From assembly GCA_965178125.1 (NCBI GenBank), contig OZ237735.1, positions 620,001 to 684,000 on the forward strand: a stretch of DNA of 64,000 nt. Reading direction: 5' to 3'. Positions 44,041 to 58,380 of the stretch are shown in pieces; positions within the stretch are counted from its first letter, which is position 1; every line of letters starts with the position of its first letter. The position numbers were made by a program, and so were the translations under genes. The notes under the pieces were generated by a model. The model was given only the letters and a program-made list of their open reading frames with translations. It did no database searches and was not told the DNA's origin. Source of the stretch: Bilabrum cf. latius. Taxonomy: Eukaryota.

Positions 44041-45741
44041 TTAGTGCTCTTTCTTGCTCTCCTGCTGCCCAGCCGCGGCCCTACGAACGGCTGCCACTTC
44101 CTCGGGAAGCTCCTCCACCTTGGCCTGTCCCTTGGCAGAAGCAGGGATTTTCCAGCCTGCAGAGGGCGCATCCGGCACGCGAGCAACGCGCCGCAGGCGC
44201 ATTAGCTGCTGAGCCGCATCATTGTGCCTGTGCACATCTCCGGCGAACGCCCTGGTCGCGTCCCTGCCCTTGTAGCCCAGGATGAAATCAGCGCCGCCTG
44301 GATGCTACTCCTCGAAGCCGGTCGCGTCGACCGCAAACCCGCCGATCACCATCAGGCTCCGGTCGTTCTCCTTGCACTCCTGCTTCATGCGAGCCATGGT
44401 CCACTCGGGCAGATCGGCGGGCGCGTCCCCCCAGTCCAGCTCGGCGGCCTTGGCGTGCGCGGCCCGGGCCATGGTCTCTACCCTGCACTTCTCGATCGCG
44501 TCTTTGGGGAACTCCACAAGCTCCTCCACCAGGCCCAGCACGGACAGGCCGTAGATGAGCCACTTGGTTGGGTCGTACTGGTACCACTCGATCCCGTTGC
44601 GGTAGTCGTTGGGGAACTCGTGGTGGAAGTTGTGGTAGCCCTCCCCGAGGGTGAGCACCGCAGTGATGATCGAGTTGCGGGCCGTGTGGCCGTCGCTGAA
44701 CGTCTGGTCGCCAGCCCAGTGGGCAAGCGAGTTCACGCAGAACGTGCTGTGGTGTACGAACAGCAGACGCGCGAGGCCGGCCCAGAAGTACCCGCCGGAC
44801 CAGTCGCCCCAGCCGAGCCCGCACACGATCGTCGGGAGCAGGGCGCCCATCCCGATGGCTGCGAGCAGTCGGAGAAATACACAAAGCAACAGACGAAATG
44901 GAATAATAATACATTGTGGCAATTTAAGCCGCCGAGAGGTCGCGGAACTCAGTTGAATCTCACCGAAGAGGCCGTAGTACTTGGCCTGTGCTCGAATGAA
45001 CCAGTTCTTCTCGAGGTCTTTCACCATGCGCGTGCTGCTGCCTGTCAGCAAGCGGCGATCTTTCTTGACGAGCATCCATCCCATGTGGGAATAGAAAAAG
45101 CCTTTGGGTGCCGCGTAGGGATCCAGCGCGGTGTCGACGTACCTGTGATGCGCGCGATGGTCCCGAGCCCACCACAGAAGGGAGCCCTGCACCGCACCAG
45201 ACCCCGCCAGAAGCAGCGCCCACGTAACAGTCCAATGTGCTTTGAACGCTTGGTGAGAGAACAGCCGGTGGTAGCCTGCGTGGCATGGCGGAGGAATCTA
45301 AAAGGACCAAGGAGTTGCACCGGCACCAAGTGCAACCGAGCACGTCAAGATGCGTCTTGACCGCTGCATGTTCGGTGTCTCCAGGGGGCGTGTAACCATG
45401 AACTTACCAGCAGTAATACCAAAACCAGTGAAAAAGTAGTAGAATACAGCAAACGCAGCGGTTCGCCACTGAAGAGGCACGTAAAAGATGGCGTAGATAG
45501 TTGCCAAAGGTACTCCGGCAAGGATGAACAGATGGATGTAGTTCAGCCGCTGCCACAGGGGCTTCTCAGCGTGCGCATCACCAAGCATTGACGGCTAATG
45601 GGCAGCCTTGCCGACAGTAGCATCAAGTCGCTGCTCGAGCGGCAGCAGGACCGGGTTGTACCCAGACTTGCCGTCGCCCGTTTCCTCCGCCGGGGCCTGC
45701 AGGTGAGGCGTAGCGCTGGATTTGGGCCCTTCTTTAGGCAT
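44041..45741 (-). CDS. Delta-9 acyl-CoA desaturase with C-terminal cytochrome b5 (OLE1-like); introns 45276-45407 and 44859-44963
   Basis: His boxes GYHRLFSH, HRAHHRY, GEGYHNFHHEFP; b5 motif HPGG directly after TAG 44305; GT-AG introns; ends TAA. Confidence 0.92.
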
Positions 45742-46027
45742 TTTATGGATTTCTTTCGGAAACAGGCTCGACCTACGCCAAAAGACCAGAGATTTCTGGC
45801 TGATGTCACCGTGAATAATCCACTTCACGAAGCTATCATTATCCGGTATTGCAAAACATATCGCAACTTGAACAGAAAAAGTTTTGCGAAAGACTCGCAT
45901 CTTGACATTCCCAGCCTGTATGAACCAAGTTCACACAACACTGCAACAAACAATACAATCTTATAGTACAACAAATCCAACTGCTCGACCTGCACCTCCT
46001 GTGTCTAATCCGATGCTCCGCAAAAGC

Positions 46028-49000
46028 TCACTGCGGCTCCCATGGCATTGGCCTGCCTTTCACTCGCAGGCTGTCCCTGCCGCGTGAAGTAGCCGCGATC
46101 GGCCCTCTCTGCCGCCTGTCACTCGGTCCGATCGACCTAGATCTCACCTTCACCTGCACTGATTCGCTCCCCTTCCTTGCCTCGGGCCCAGGCCCCGCCG
46201 TCCTGCCTCTCGATCGCATAGATGCGCGGGAGGGCAGCGTGCCGTAGTGCAATGCATCTTCGGCGAGAGCGTGGGGGTCCACCACGGAAACATGTGCGCC
46301 CCGATCTGCACCGGAGTGCGCTGCACCCAGCCCCGCAGACATGAACGAGGACACCCCATCCGCTACCGCGGACGAGTGGCCCGGACCCATTCCTCCTCCT
46401 CCTCCTCGTCCCGTGGCCATCCCGGTCACAGCACCTGGCAAATGGATCTGACTGTGAGACTGCGACTGCTGGTAGTGGTGATGATGGTCGTAGGGGTAGG
46501 AGGAGCCCCGGCCGGGGTGCACTGCACGATGCCCGCTGTGACCATAGAAGCCGTCGCCTCTTCTTGCCCCACCTCTGCTGGCAAGATAAGCGCTGGTCGC
46601 TGAGGTCTGAACACCGGAGGCAGGTGGAACAGGGAGGGGGGCACCCCTGGGGTACAGCCGGGCGTCGACCGGCACTCCGCCTTGCTACCCGCCGTGCGCC
46701 TCGGGAAAGCGACCCGCGTGATGGTGACCCGCCTGTATAACCGTGGCGCCAGTACCGCTCGGCCGCACCACCCACCTATCCCCACCTTGAGGAGGTGGAG
46801 GACGCAGGGGGCCACGGCCAGCCTGCTGCTGCTGCTGCTCGCTTTGCGGCTGCTGATCCCTCGGCCTCGTACCTGCAGCGGCGGCATGCACGCCATGTAC
46901 GGGCATCGAGCCGGTGCTCGCAGCGGAGTCGCGGACACCCCTCCCGCCGTACGCCCCATGCGTGCTGGCTGCAGCCATGGCAGCTTCGTGCCTTCGCATC
47001 TCCTGCGCCCTCCTCTATCTCTCGACCTCCTGCATGCCCTCGGCAACTGCCCGTCGAGTTGTAGGGGATGCCGAAACACCGCTTGCAGGCCTGCGCGGCC
47101 CTTTCTCACCCGATATCTCAAGGCGTCCCGGGGTTGCCTCCAGCCTCGGTCTCGACGAGACACTCACACTGTGTTCCCTGCGTTCCCTGACCCTGGCCTC
47201 CCGCGGTGGTGACCACGCCCGCGCACCGCCCGCCATTTCGTACCCCTGCGGCCCTCGGCGACCTTGTTCCCTGTTTTGTTCCCTGCTCGACGGCCTTGCC
47301 CCTCGTCGCGTGTTCTCCGTCGAGGCGCCCCGTCTCCTCCTCGGCGACGGATCTCGGGAAGTGCGGACAGCTTGCGTCTCCCGACGGACCTGTTCCCAAT
47401 CCACCTCGGAATCTTGCTGCCGCCCCGGCATCCTGTGGTGCCACTGCTGCTACTCTTCGGTAGACTCGTACTCGTGCGCTGTGCCGCCTTGCACCGCATA
47501 TCCGTGCACCGCCCTGCCACCCGGTGCTTGCCTGCCACGCAAAGCTCCGTGGGAAGTGGCTGCCACTGCCCCTGTGCTAGCGCCCTGAAGATCCCACGGC
47601 TAGAGCGCACGGAGTGGACGGGCTCCGCTGCTACCTGCGGCCCTGTTCCCTGGTCGGGGGTGCGACCCCAACACGGGGGTGCCGTTGGGGTCTCGGGGAA
47701 ATCGCCTCAGGTGCTTGGGGCGCGTATCACCCGCCGCCTGGAAGTCCATCGTCTCGGGAGCGAGAGCTTCTTGCCTCTGTGCCTGCATGGGGTGCGACTT
47801 CGACTGCGACTGCGACTGCGATCGCGATCGGGAGCGGTGTGCTGAGCGATGGGGATCCCTGCCTCGAGACTGGCTGGCAAATGGAGGCTGTGCCGCCACC
47901 CCTGACCGCGCTGGTCTCATCGCCGGGCTGGCAGTCCTGGATCTGACCTTGGGCGTGGATCTCGGGGACGTGTCCCGGCTGGTGGGCCTGGATTGCCTGA
48001 GCTTCAAGTTGGGGCTGACGATGCCCTCCCTCGGGGGGTGTGCCCCCACGGTGGCGCGGGCGAAGGCCAGGATGTCTTCTGGAATACCCCCATTGTTGGA
48101 CCGGGTCTGGCCGTTCATTGCGTCGCTAGGTGTGATTTGCGACCTCCTCTATCCGTTCGGTGCGGCCGAAGTACCTGCCTCACCGGTTGCTCCTCGGCGG
48201 ATCCCACTGAAGCGATGGAATGCATCCGCAAGAAACCGAGTGCCACCAGACGCACCGCTCGCGTGCGCAGCTTCGTCAATTCTTCTACCATTAGACTGAT
48301 CGACCTAATGAACGCCATCGCGTATCGGCGAGTCTTGCTTTGCGTTATCGAGCAAGCCGCTCGCCGAGCTGGCACCGCTGGAATCGCCGGCCACCTAACC
48401 GAGTATCTCCGCGATTTCTCGCGCTTCTCGGGCCTCGCGCCTGGTTTGTGCCACAGACGTCCATTTTCTGTCATGGGACGGGCCGTACCTCCCTGCGCTG
48501 GACGGGCGAGCACCACTTTGAGAGCGAGCACTTGCCCCTGGCCGGGTCCCCACGGAAGCAGAGCCCCCCGAAGGTGTGGCAGACAGTCCAAGCTTTCTTG
48601 CTGCGCGGGTATTTGTACTGACGGAATAATCTCCTCTTTCTTGCATTATGCTTGCCGCCAACGTTCGGACGTCCTTGAACAGGGACGTAGACTGTGTGGC
48701 ACCTCGGCGGCTTCCAGCGCTGCTCGGTCGCGAATCTGGGGGTGCTACATCTGTATCAATTTCATTGATACCCATTCCTAGAAAATCGAGCTCGTAGGTG
48801 TTCTAGCCTTGGTGCGGGCGGGGCTGTTGCTACAAAGCGCCAGGGTGCCTCCGAGGTTCTGGTGTGGCCTCTTTCGAACCACTCTGAGAGCTCAGATTCG
48901 ACAATGTAGGCCTATCTGCGAATTCAATACTTGCTTTTGCCGATGTGTGGCCCGGGGATCTTCCAGCTCTGTTGTCGCTCCTTGAAAGGATGCCAGCTAG

Positions 49001-49096
49001 CTCTCTGATACGCTCACTGCGTTGCCGCAGCTGGACAACGTTGGACGGGCGCATACATGCAGCCAATGCTGTTGAAAAATCACTGCTTGCATCCAT
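46028..49096 (-). CDS. Long low-complexity hypothetical protein (~1020 aa)
   Basis: Six track ORFs share one frame separated only by TAG; ends TGA at 46028. Confidence 0.65.
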
Positions 49097-49258
49097 TGTG
49101 CCAGTACGCACCAAACGGTGTCAAGTTTGACGATCGTGCCCGACGAGAGCAACGGGTCGTCTCCGCTTTAATTCAGAAAATGCCTCACAGCAGACGTTGG
49201 CAGATTCACCGCCCACAAGGCCAGACGCCAGCCCCATAAGAGCCCTTGTGGCTCTGGA

Positions 49259-50159
49259 ATGGCATCTGGGGTATCATTAGGCTCAGCTGCTCCTTCTGGC
49301 GATGATGTCGGGGCGTCTTTGCTTGCCTCACCGGAGAAACACCGAGAGTCTGCCAGTATGTACGGATCGCTAGCGGGAGGCGCTGCCTCTGGCAAGTCAA
49401 CAAAACGGAACATTAAAGATGCTGTAGTTACTAGACCTTTATTGAGCGGCCAGGCGCTTGATCCAACCAAAGCATTGGAAGCGGCAGCAACGACTGCGAA
49501 GCGCCTGCTGTCGAGCATCCGAGATCGACGAGAAGATATAGTTGGGTCGCTTGGGTCGTTTGCAAGGCGGAATAACGCGGCGTAGCGTAAGTGTCTGGGT
49601 CGCATCGCTAACGCTACTCGGCATGGCCCGATCCACGCCGCCACGTTCGCATACATGCATTCCCGTTGCCCTCGCAGTGAAGGATGCCTCGTAGCACAAG
49701 GATGTGGTTGTGGCTGCTCTGGAGAGATCATTAGACTAGGAGCTCAGGTCAATCTAGCGAGTTTAGGAAGAAGCGGATGAAGAAGACTAGTGCTGTTTCA
49801 TGCTTCGGGAAGTGAGCATTGCTGCGCGTGCGTCGTCCCTTGTGCTAGAGTGCCCTGCTCTTTTTGGCGTACCCGACCAGCGCCCGCCGCATGCTGCCCA
49901 CTTAAATCGAATTGCTCCGCATCTTACGCAGAGCGCCATGGGTCGCCACCGCACGAATTGCCGCCGCGCCGTCCGCGGGCTGCTGTCAGTCGTGAGGCTC
50001 ACAGCGCAGAGGTACCGCCGCCTGGAGACCGACAGAGCCATGGACGTGTCACCCATGAGCAAGCTGCTCACCGAGTCGGCCGAGGAACTGGATGAAATCG
50101 TGCAGAAGATGCCCCCGGCTGCAGACGATGGTTGTTGTTTGGGCTGCTGCCCTAGCTAA
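49259..50159 (+). CDS. Hypothetical protein with Cys-rich C-terminus (GCCLGCCPS); intron 49587-49677
   Basis: A gtaagt...cgcag intron joins the frames; 6 TAGs read through; ends TAA. Confidence 0.65.
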
Positions 50160-50263
50160 CGGTCGATTGAGAGTTGGCCGCGCGAATAGATGAGATTCTT
50201 GAACATGTTGACAACACTTTATTGCCTGCCTCAGGCACTTATTAAAGGCGTTAATGTAGTAAT

Positions 50264-53200
50264 TCATTGGAAACCCTCCGGCGGTGTGGCAATCTCCTCT
50301 TCCTCGCCGCTCTCGTCAGGACGGTAGAACCGGATGGCTGCCTCGCCGCCTGCCTTCATGTGTCCGGCTGCCCCCCGGAGTGCCAGCAGCACGTCGTTGA
50401 AAGAAGCCTCTGTCAGGTCGGCCGCCTTATCAAGAAGCGAGGAGGGCACATCTCCCTGCTCCACGCTGGCCACCGACACCACAACATCCCCCGTGCGCAC
50501 TGACCCAAAGGCCGGGGATGACTCCGACACGTTCACCACCATGGCACCCTTCGCGCTGTCGTGCCCCGCACCCTCGTCTCCGAACAGGCTCTCCACCCGC
50601 AGGCCCATTTTCCGGCCGCGCATTCGTACCACTAGCAGCTGCACGTCCTCCTCCCCACCCCCATCCGCATCCCACGCGGCGGTACCGTCATCAGCCTCGC
50701 CAGCATGCCTCTCTCCTTGGCCAGCGGCGTCTTGCACTTCGTCAAGCAGCGCGAGCACATCCTGCTCCTGAGGAGGATCCTAGTCGCCAGCACCGCTGTC
50801 AGGATATGGCTGCGGATGCGGGAGTGAATTCATTCCACCATTTGAATCGTCGGCATCGTTGCTCTTCCGCTCCGGTTCTCCCCTCGATGCGCCTGCATCC
50901 TTGCTCTCCTGCCCCGAACCTAGCTAGCGTCCTCCAAACTCACCCACTCCGGCCTCGTCCTCCCCCTCTCCTTCCCCTTCTCCGGCCTCGTCCTCCCCCT
51001 CTCCTTCCCCTTCTCCGGCCTCGTCGTCGTCGCTCTCTGGTGCCTCTTCGCCCTCCCCCTGCCGGTGCTGCTCGAATGCCTGTGATTCTATCTCTTCAAT
51101 CGTTGGGATATCGAATCGCCGACCGGCATGACGCCTTCCAGGACCAGGGTTACCTGTGGTCGGCCCTGCTGCCTTATCAACACTGTCGGATGGCTCGTGA
51201 CCCGACGCTGTGGTTGAAGGCGGGCCGTCTCCTCCCGCTGCAGGCGAAGAGGCCATCATCCGCGGGCTCCCTGCCGGCGAATCGCTCGGCGTGAGGGTGT
51301 CGCCGTGCACAAGCTGGAAGCTCTGGAGGGACCTCGAGTGCTGCGAGTGCCCATCGCTGGTTGACCTGCCGCCCTCCGTGCCATCGTCCTCGAGGCTTGC
51401 CTCGGTGACGGTCTCCATCTGTTCAACGTAGTCTGGGGGCGCGGGGGGCGTGGCTGATCCGTCCGCCCTGCTGGCGATGATGCCTTCTTCCCGATCCACG
51501 ATCGCATTGACCGCATTCCCCTCCAAGCTATCAAGCTGCGCATCGCCGTCATCGTGGTTGAGGTCATCGCTCGGCTCGAATGGCGCCTTGGCTGTCGCAC
51601 CGCCGTGCGGCTCCATTCGCGACTCCTGCTCATATCGGTCTGCAATGCGTTGAGAATCTTCATTTTGAACAGCATCGTCCATATCCAGGAATGGCGTGGC
51701 CGCCAGCTTGCTATTGGTGGCAGCTGCGGCCTCCTGCTGTTCGCATGCAGGTGCTACGTAGCCGTCGTCAAGGTCCAGCATTTCAGCCTCGGCTTCGAAG
51801 TCAGTCGCTGGTGCTGGTGCTGGTGCTGGTGCTGGTGCTGGTGCTGGTGCCGGTGCTGGTGCTGGTGCCGGTGCTGGCGATGATAGTGCGGCATCACGCG
51901 ACATGGACTAGCTACGCTGGGGGCTGCCTTGATTACCACCTAGCTAGCTACCGCCTGGTGCTCGAACAACAGCACCCTGAGCAGAGAATGGCAGGTGCTT
52001 GGGGGCACTCTGCGGCATCATGCTAGTAGAAGACGGGGCATTTGGCTCCTTTGTACGGCGCTGCGTGGCTAGGACTGCTTGCGGCGATGCCATGGCTGCA
52101 GATCGTTTCGGTTCAGTTTGCTTGATGGGGCTCGTGCTGCTTGTCGATCCAGAGGCACCGTGAACACTGCCAGCGTACCTTGCTAGGCGTGGACTGCGCC
52201 TGTTGCTCCTCTAGGTAGCACCCTGCACCGGTGGAGGCGGGCTGGCCAGACACGGGGGTGCAACCCCAGCGGTTGCTGCAGGCAAGAGTCCCGTCCCGCT
52301 CGAAGACAGTGGATCGGCCGTTGCTGTTGCTGCAACCCCACCGCTTGTGCTGTCACGCGTGGATGACAAAGTCGCTGCAGCAGATGCACCATGTGGTGCT
52401 GACGATCCCTTGCCGTAGTCAGGGCTCGAGACAGCGGTACGACGGTCCGGGTCCGCTAGCACACGTGCCATACTCTTCCCTTCTCGCAACGAGTGTGTGC
52501 TATGCGGTTTTCGGGGCCTAGCACATGACCGCGCTGGTCTCCGTGACGCAGCAGCCATGCCGGTAGTAGCATCATCAAGTTTGAGTCGGGTATGCACTCC
52601 GATCGGTGTGCGCGCACTGCCATCACGTGGACCGCTCCGTGCCGGTGAGAAGCCAGAGCGAGCGAGCATTCCGTCTGTTGATACCACGCTATGGTTCTGT
52701 TCCCGTTCCTGGTGCTGCATATCCGCATGGCGCGGTTTACCTGAATCGTCCGCCTCCTCGCGACCGGAATGCCGCCCCATGCCTGTGATCTGGCCATCGT
52801 CCAAACTGCCGGATCTTGAGCGCTGCGGGCTGCCCTCCCTACTGGCAGGGTCCTCGATCCATCCCCTCCTGCGCCTGAATCTCCTAGCCACCTCGATCTG
52901 GAGGGGGCTGCCCTCCGTGATGGACCCAGCAGCTTCTCGAAACATTCGGAGTATCGATGAGTAGTGCCAGTCGCGGACGGAGGCCCCATACACTTTGACC
53001 ACCACGTCCCCAGAGCGGAACGGCAAGCGTTCCGAGTACATCTCGTCGACCTCAGCCACGACCGCACCGAGCCTAGGCTGCTCCCCTTTCCTGGTGCCTG
53101 GCACAAGCCGAACGGCCAGCGGGCCTTCGGACACCGTCGCCGCGACAGTCTCGAACGTGCCTTTGCCAGACCGGTACAGAACGCCAACCTCTGAATACGC

Positions 53201-56200
53201 CGAGTCCTGTGCTGATAGACCAGAAGGTAGTGGTGCCACTGACTGCTCAGGCTATGGAGGGGGGCTAAGCTGGCGCGCCTCGACAGGCCTAGGCACCAGC
53301 CTAGATTCGCGTTGTATCCTGCCACTGTCATGGGAGAATATCCCCCCTTTTTGCCCTGGACTGCCGTTGCTACTGCGGCGACTGTGGTCCCTTGTGCTCG
53401 GAGATATAGACCTGCTTGTTCTGTTGCTGACGGCGCGTTCTACCAGCTGTTCGGCAGCGATGTGCGCCTGCTCCTTGTGGCTGGCGGCCGTGGGGGGCAG
53501 CAGCTCCCGCGGCTGGCCCTCGCCTACTTCATGTTCATCTGCGCTGCTACTTCCATCGTCGTGCCGCTCAGCCAGGCTATCGCCAGCCACACTCAGCGCA
53601 ACCGGCGGGGTTGGGCTGCGGCGCTGCTGCTCGTCCTCCATCTCCACCTCTGAGCTGTTGCCCGCTTCGTCGTTGCTTGAACGGTGCTCGGCTCGAGGCG
53701 AGTACCCATTGGAGGGTGGCAGAGGTGGCGACTAAGGAGCGGACGGAGGCGCCGACGTTAGAGGGGTCGTAGCCTAGCTGTCGAACCGCGCGCCCGTGCC
53801 ACTGTCCCGGCCAGGCCACTGCTGCTCCATCTGCCTGTCCTGCGGCAAGTCTAGGAAGGTCTCCAGGCCAATGGCCCGGTCTAGGCGACCAACGCCCCTC
53901 GATGGCGATCCCTGCGAAAGACCCAGCCCAGCCTGCCGCCTGCTGGCCTCCAGCTCTGCCTACACGCCCGACCGCTGCTACTGGGGAAGCTACCATCCAC
54001 GCGGCCTCCGACCGCCCGTCCACTCCAAGGCGCTCGGCTACTATTTGGTGGCAGCGAGCCCGAGTGCCTCTTCCAAGGCATCGAGGTCATCGATACCGTC
54101 CACGGAGGCCACTACGGGCGGGCGAGACATCATCGTTCCTTTGGGAGAGTGCGGTCGCGAGGGCAGGCGAGAGGGCCCGTCGGAGTCGTCGTCCCGAGCG
54201 GGAGAAGGCAGCCTGGACCACCTCTGGTCGGGGCTAGTCGGTGCACCGTATGATTCCTGGACATCTGAAAACTCACGGGCTTGCCCGTCGGCCCGCCTCA
54301 CTGTGGCCTGGGCCTTGGCAATGGCAGCAGCGAGCCCCCAGAGCCTGTTCCTCACAGCCGCCTCGTGCTCGTCCTGCAGCAGCCCCTCCATGCCCACCCT
54401 TACCTGCTCGATCTTGGCTGCCTGCTCGAGCCACAGCGTGCGCATGGCCTGGAGAGCAGCTGCTTGGGCGCTGCTGCGTCTATTCCTGTCCGACTGCTGC
54501 TTCAGCACGGTAGAGGCACCCGTGGCGCTGGCTGCGGCCTCGTCCAGCTCGTGGGCCTGCTGCAGCAAGCCGTTCAGGCGGGCGATCAGCTGCTCCCCCG
54601 CGCGCGCAGTTTCGGGCTGCTGCGTGCTGAGCGGCGCCAGGCCCTGCGACAGCGCCTCGGCTGCGGCTTCCATCCCACGGAGCTCGCGCTGGGGATCAGG
54701 CTTGGATGCCGGCTAGTTCGCCTGCGACGGGCTGTGACGCTGGCGATCGGCAGGCTCTGATCGCCTGTCTGGTGATCGCAACACGACAGGGTTGTGGCCG
54801 TCAGCAGATGGCCCAGAGCTCCCGTTTGCATACCGATCTCCGTACGGTGCTACTGCCTCGCTCGCTGCCTCGACAGCACTCCGAGCCAACTCTCGAATGC
54901 GAGCGAGGTCCACTGCCCTGGTCCCGTCCGACACGGAAGAGGCGCCACTGTGCGGCCTGCTGCTTACCACATCAAGATCACGATCGCGATCATTTGCAGC
55001 GACGCGACCGTCTGGGCCAACGAGAGATACCGATGCGTGCCTGCCGTCCAGGTCCCCAGCAGACATGGGGCCCTTGCTGTTGCTCTAAGCCGGCGGAGAC
55101 CGCAGCTTCCAGGAGTCTCCCTGCTTGACGGTGATGCCGTGTGCCGCTGCGGCCGCTTGCTCCCTCACTGCGCGATCTCCGTCGAACGCGCGATCTGCCT
55201 CCGTGGCGATCTTCTGTTCGACCCTGCTGCGCGGCGGCAGCAGGTCAGTCCCGTCGTCAGCGTCGTGCTAGGTGCCGTCACGAGGCTCGGTCAACGACCC
55301 CGGGGCCATGCCAAATCCTTGCTGCTCCTTGCCTGGCGTGCTGTTGGGCGACGGGTCCATGGCCGGGTCCTGCAAGGCGGATCGCAGGTCTGTCGCCGCT
55401 CGCTCGGCCTCAAACTACGCACCGGCAGCACCCAGGCGGATGGCCTGCTGCGACAGCTGGGACTGGTCGCGCGGCTACAGCCCGCTTGCTGCTCGAGTAG
55501 GTGACTCTGGCGCGGCCACTTGCTTCAAATGCTCCATGCGCTTGCGCTGCTCCGCCACAGCAGGCTGCAGCAGGCTGGTAGCATCGGCTCTCGAGCCGCG
55601 CATGCCCGCCGCCCCGGGACTGGCCGCCCCGAACCCGACCCTGCGTCGCACGTAGGGCGGGTAATCCCCCTTCGATGCCTCTAGGATCCGTTCAGGGCTC
55701 ACCTGCACGGGCTTTCGCAGCTTGTGCACCCCATCCACCCCGTGCAGCCTGCCCCGCGCCTTGGCAACGACAGATGCCGATAGCTCGTCCCTCGCATCCT
55801 GCTCACCGTGCCTTCTTGCCCGTGCATCCGCTCTGCTTTGCGCCTTCTTGGCCTTGCGAAGCTCCTCCTCGTGCAGCTCACGCCGGCGCCTAGCCGCTTC
55901 CAGCGCGTCCTCCACGCTGTCTCGCAGTACAGATGCGGGGACCTGCCTGCTCTTTCCCATCGCGTGCCTGCCTCGACCCTTGCCTCTAGATCCCGCCCTG
56001 CTTCGCCTGCCCTTGGCCGCTCCATGCTCCTCGTCGTCCGGGCTCACAGTCAGCTGGGGCCGGACACCGACTCGACTGGCGCGGGCCCCAAAGCGCAGCG
56101 TTGCCCTCGTCTCAGCATGGTTACTAGTGGCTGGGCTCACAGTCACGATGATCGAAGCCACGGCGTTCCCGTCGAGGATGGGCCGCAGCAGCCTCGTAAG

Positions 56201-58015
56201 CACCGACTCTCGCCACGGGATGTGCACATTAGGAGGCCGGGGAGCGCGACGAGGCCTGCCCTTGCGGACCGCAGCCGTTCGCCTCTGCTACTCCCTCTCT
56301 CCCTCAATCTTGGCAAGGGCGTGGATGCACTTGCCAAGCACCGTGATTGAGTCGTTGATCGCGATCCTCTCCTTCTCGCTGCCTAGCCTAACCTGATTGT
56401 AGCCCCCTGCATCGGGGTCTAGCGAGCTGTTTCCAATCGACCTTCTCGGCGCACCCCCGTGCCCCTGCCGGCCGGAAGATCTCCTAGACTGCGGGCCCGA
56501 CCTGCCAAGGGACCGACTCCTAGCACCCGAGGAGGAGTTAGAGCTCAACCTTCCCGAGCCAAGGGCGAATGGCAACGCCTGTTTTGCGCTCTCACTGCCG
56601 GCCAGATCCACGAGATAGAGCCTAGATACCACGGACACCTTTGCCGCGGGATTTCTCTGCCGCAGCGTGAGCACGTACACGCAGTGGCTCCTAGACGAAA
56701 AGTCGTTGTGGTGAGTCGTGCCGACCGCGCGTCGGACCGAGGCAAGCCTCATCAGCTGCACGCCGTCCGCCGAGTCCGCCAGCTGCACCTCGATGGCCCC
56801 CCCTACAACCGTGGCGCCATCCGCCGCTCTAGAGACCGACAGGCTGGGCCCTCGCCGGGGCGGCGACACAGCTCCGTGCCGGAGTGCATCCGGGATGCTT
56901 GATGTTCGCTTCCTCGTCGGTGACCTTCCTCTATCATGGAGGACACCGCTGCTGCTGCTGCCGCCACCCACTCCCACGCTAGAATCTGCCAATGAATCTC
57001 CGTCCATTCCCGTCACGATCGAGTCCCCGTCATCCAATGAGCCACCGGCCCTGCCCCTACCTCTGCCGCCCCTGCCCTTGCCCCGACCACCGGCACCATC
57101 ATCCCTCGAGCTCCCGGCCCGGCCCCGCCCCGAGGCACCCCACCCGTTCTCGCCGTCCTCCAGACTGCCACCTTCGATGGTGCTTGCTACTTCATCGGGC
57201 AGCTCGGGCAGCCCTGCCAGCACGTCAAACACCTCGTCCTCATACACCTCCACGACCTGCATCGTCACAGTGCGCTCCAGCAGAGCCACGCCCTCCTCCC
57301 TCAGCTTCTCGATCACTTCTGGAGTCAACTCCGCTGATTCGGGCGGCCCCAAATCTACACGCGCGGAAACTGAAGCATCTGTGCCATCCTATCCGTTCGA
57401 CTGGCCTTCCAGCAGGCCCATCGAGCTCGCCTCCTTCAGCAGGCCTGTCCGCTCTTCGTCATCGGCCTCGAAAATCCCCTGAAAGATGCCCTCCAGCACC
57501 CGAGGGGCTAAGCCACGCAGTTCATCGTCATCTACAGTTGGGCCCTCCATCGTGAAAGTCTGCGAACTTTATGGATTTGAGGGGGCGACCAGAATGCATG
57601 ACTGAACACCAGGCTGCAGCGAACAGCCGAATGTCCTTGGTTGAACTAGTTCGGGCCTCGTAAATTCGTTGTAACATAAAACACAGTGCACAGCCACACA
57701 GTTAGTGGCACTTACCTTGCCTGTCCCAGTCTATCCGAAAGCCAGGACGCCGGCATTGAATCCATCCAGTAATGCAGACACCACTGGCTCTCCAACTCTG
57801 CGGAACACATCTATCTGTCGACTTGCTTTGTCCAAAACGTGATCATACCGAAATCTTTGCGATCCCCCCTGCGTAACTTTATTCCTATGTTCGACCCAAC
57901 CTTCGTCGGTTGAGTAGCGGATCAGCGATGGACCATCCGCCTCTGCCTTTTCATCCCTGGATAGAGGCCGGATTCTACACAGCACCTACAGATGAGTAGG
58001 CACCGCGGCATCCAT
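50264..58015 (-). CDS. Giant N-terminal-motor kinesin (~2530 aa) with two PDZ-like domains; intron 57560-57715
   Basis: VLCRIRP, FRYDHV, G(TAG)TGTGK/TFTMEG, SSRSH, LVDLAGSE, HIPWRESVLTRLL. One frame to TGA at 50264. PDZ-like segments at ~52900-53200 and ~50330-50650. Confidence 0.88.
51808..51877. repeat. (GCTGGT)n coding microsatellite (Pro-Ala repeat in the kinesin tail)
   Basis: Directly visible hexamer repeat. Confidence 0.9.
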
Positions 58016-58380
58016 TAGACCCGCCTGGGCAGCAATTTTAGTTGGTTTCTTCTGGATATCTGTTAAAGGTTGCGTGCAGTTTGGCCGAATTTGGTATTTC
58101 GTTCTCGTTTCAAGCTCACGTTGCGCGCAGCAGTCTGCTTCAGCCGATACGCGACATTGAGTTGCTTTGGGGTATTGAAAGTATTGTTAGCGCGCTGCTG
58201 ACCGATTCCCTCGACTTTGGAAGCAAAATTGCGGCCTCTGGAGCCGCCAACCACCCCGGCTCGAATTGGTGAACAAGCGAAGGGCATCACAACGAGCGAC
58301 AGAGGGATTCCAGGGTAGTTATACCCGAGTTATTGTCAGTTCTGTATTTGAGGGCTGTATTAGGCTGCTTTGCGTGCTGA

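Noticed and set aside
50947-51877. 33-bp tandem repeat (~50947-51025) and (GCTGGT)n as mobile or regulatory repeats
   Set aside because: They encode low-complexity EGEGEDEAG and PA tracts of the kinesin tail.
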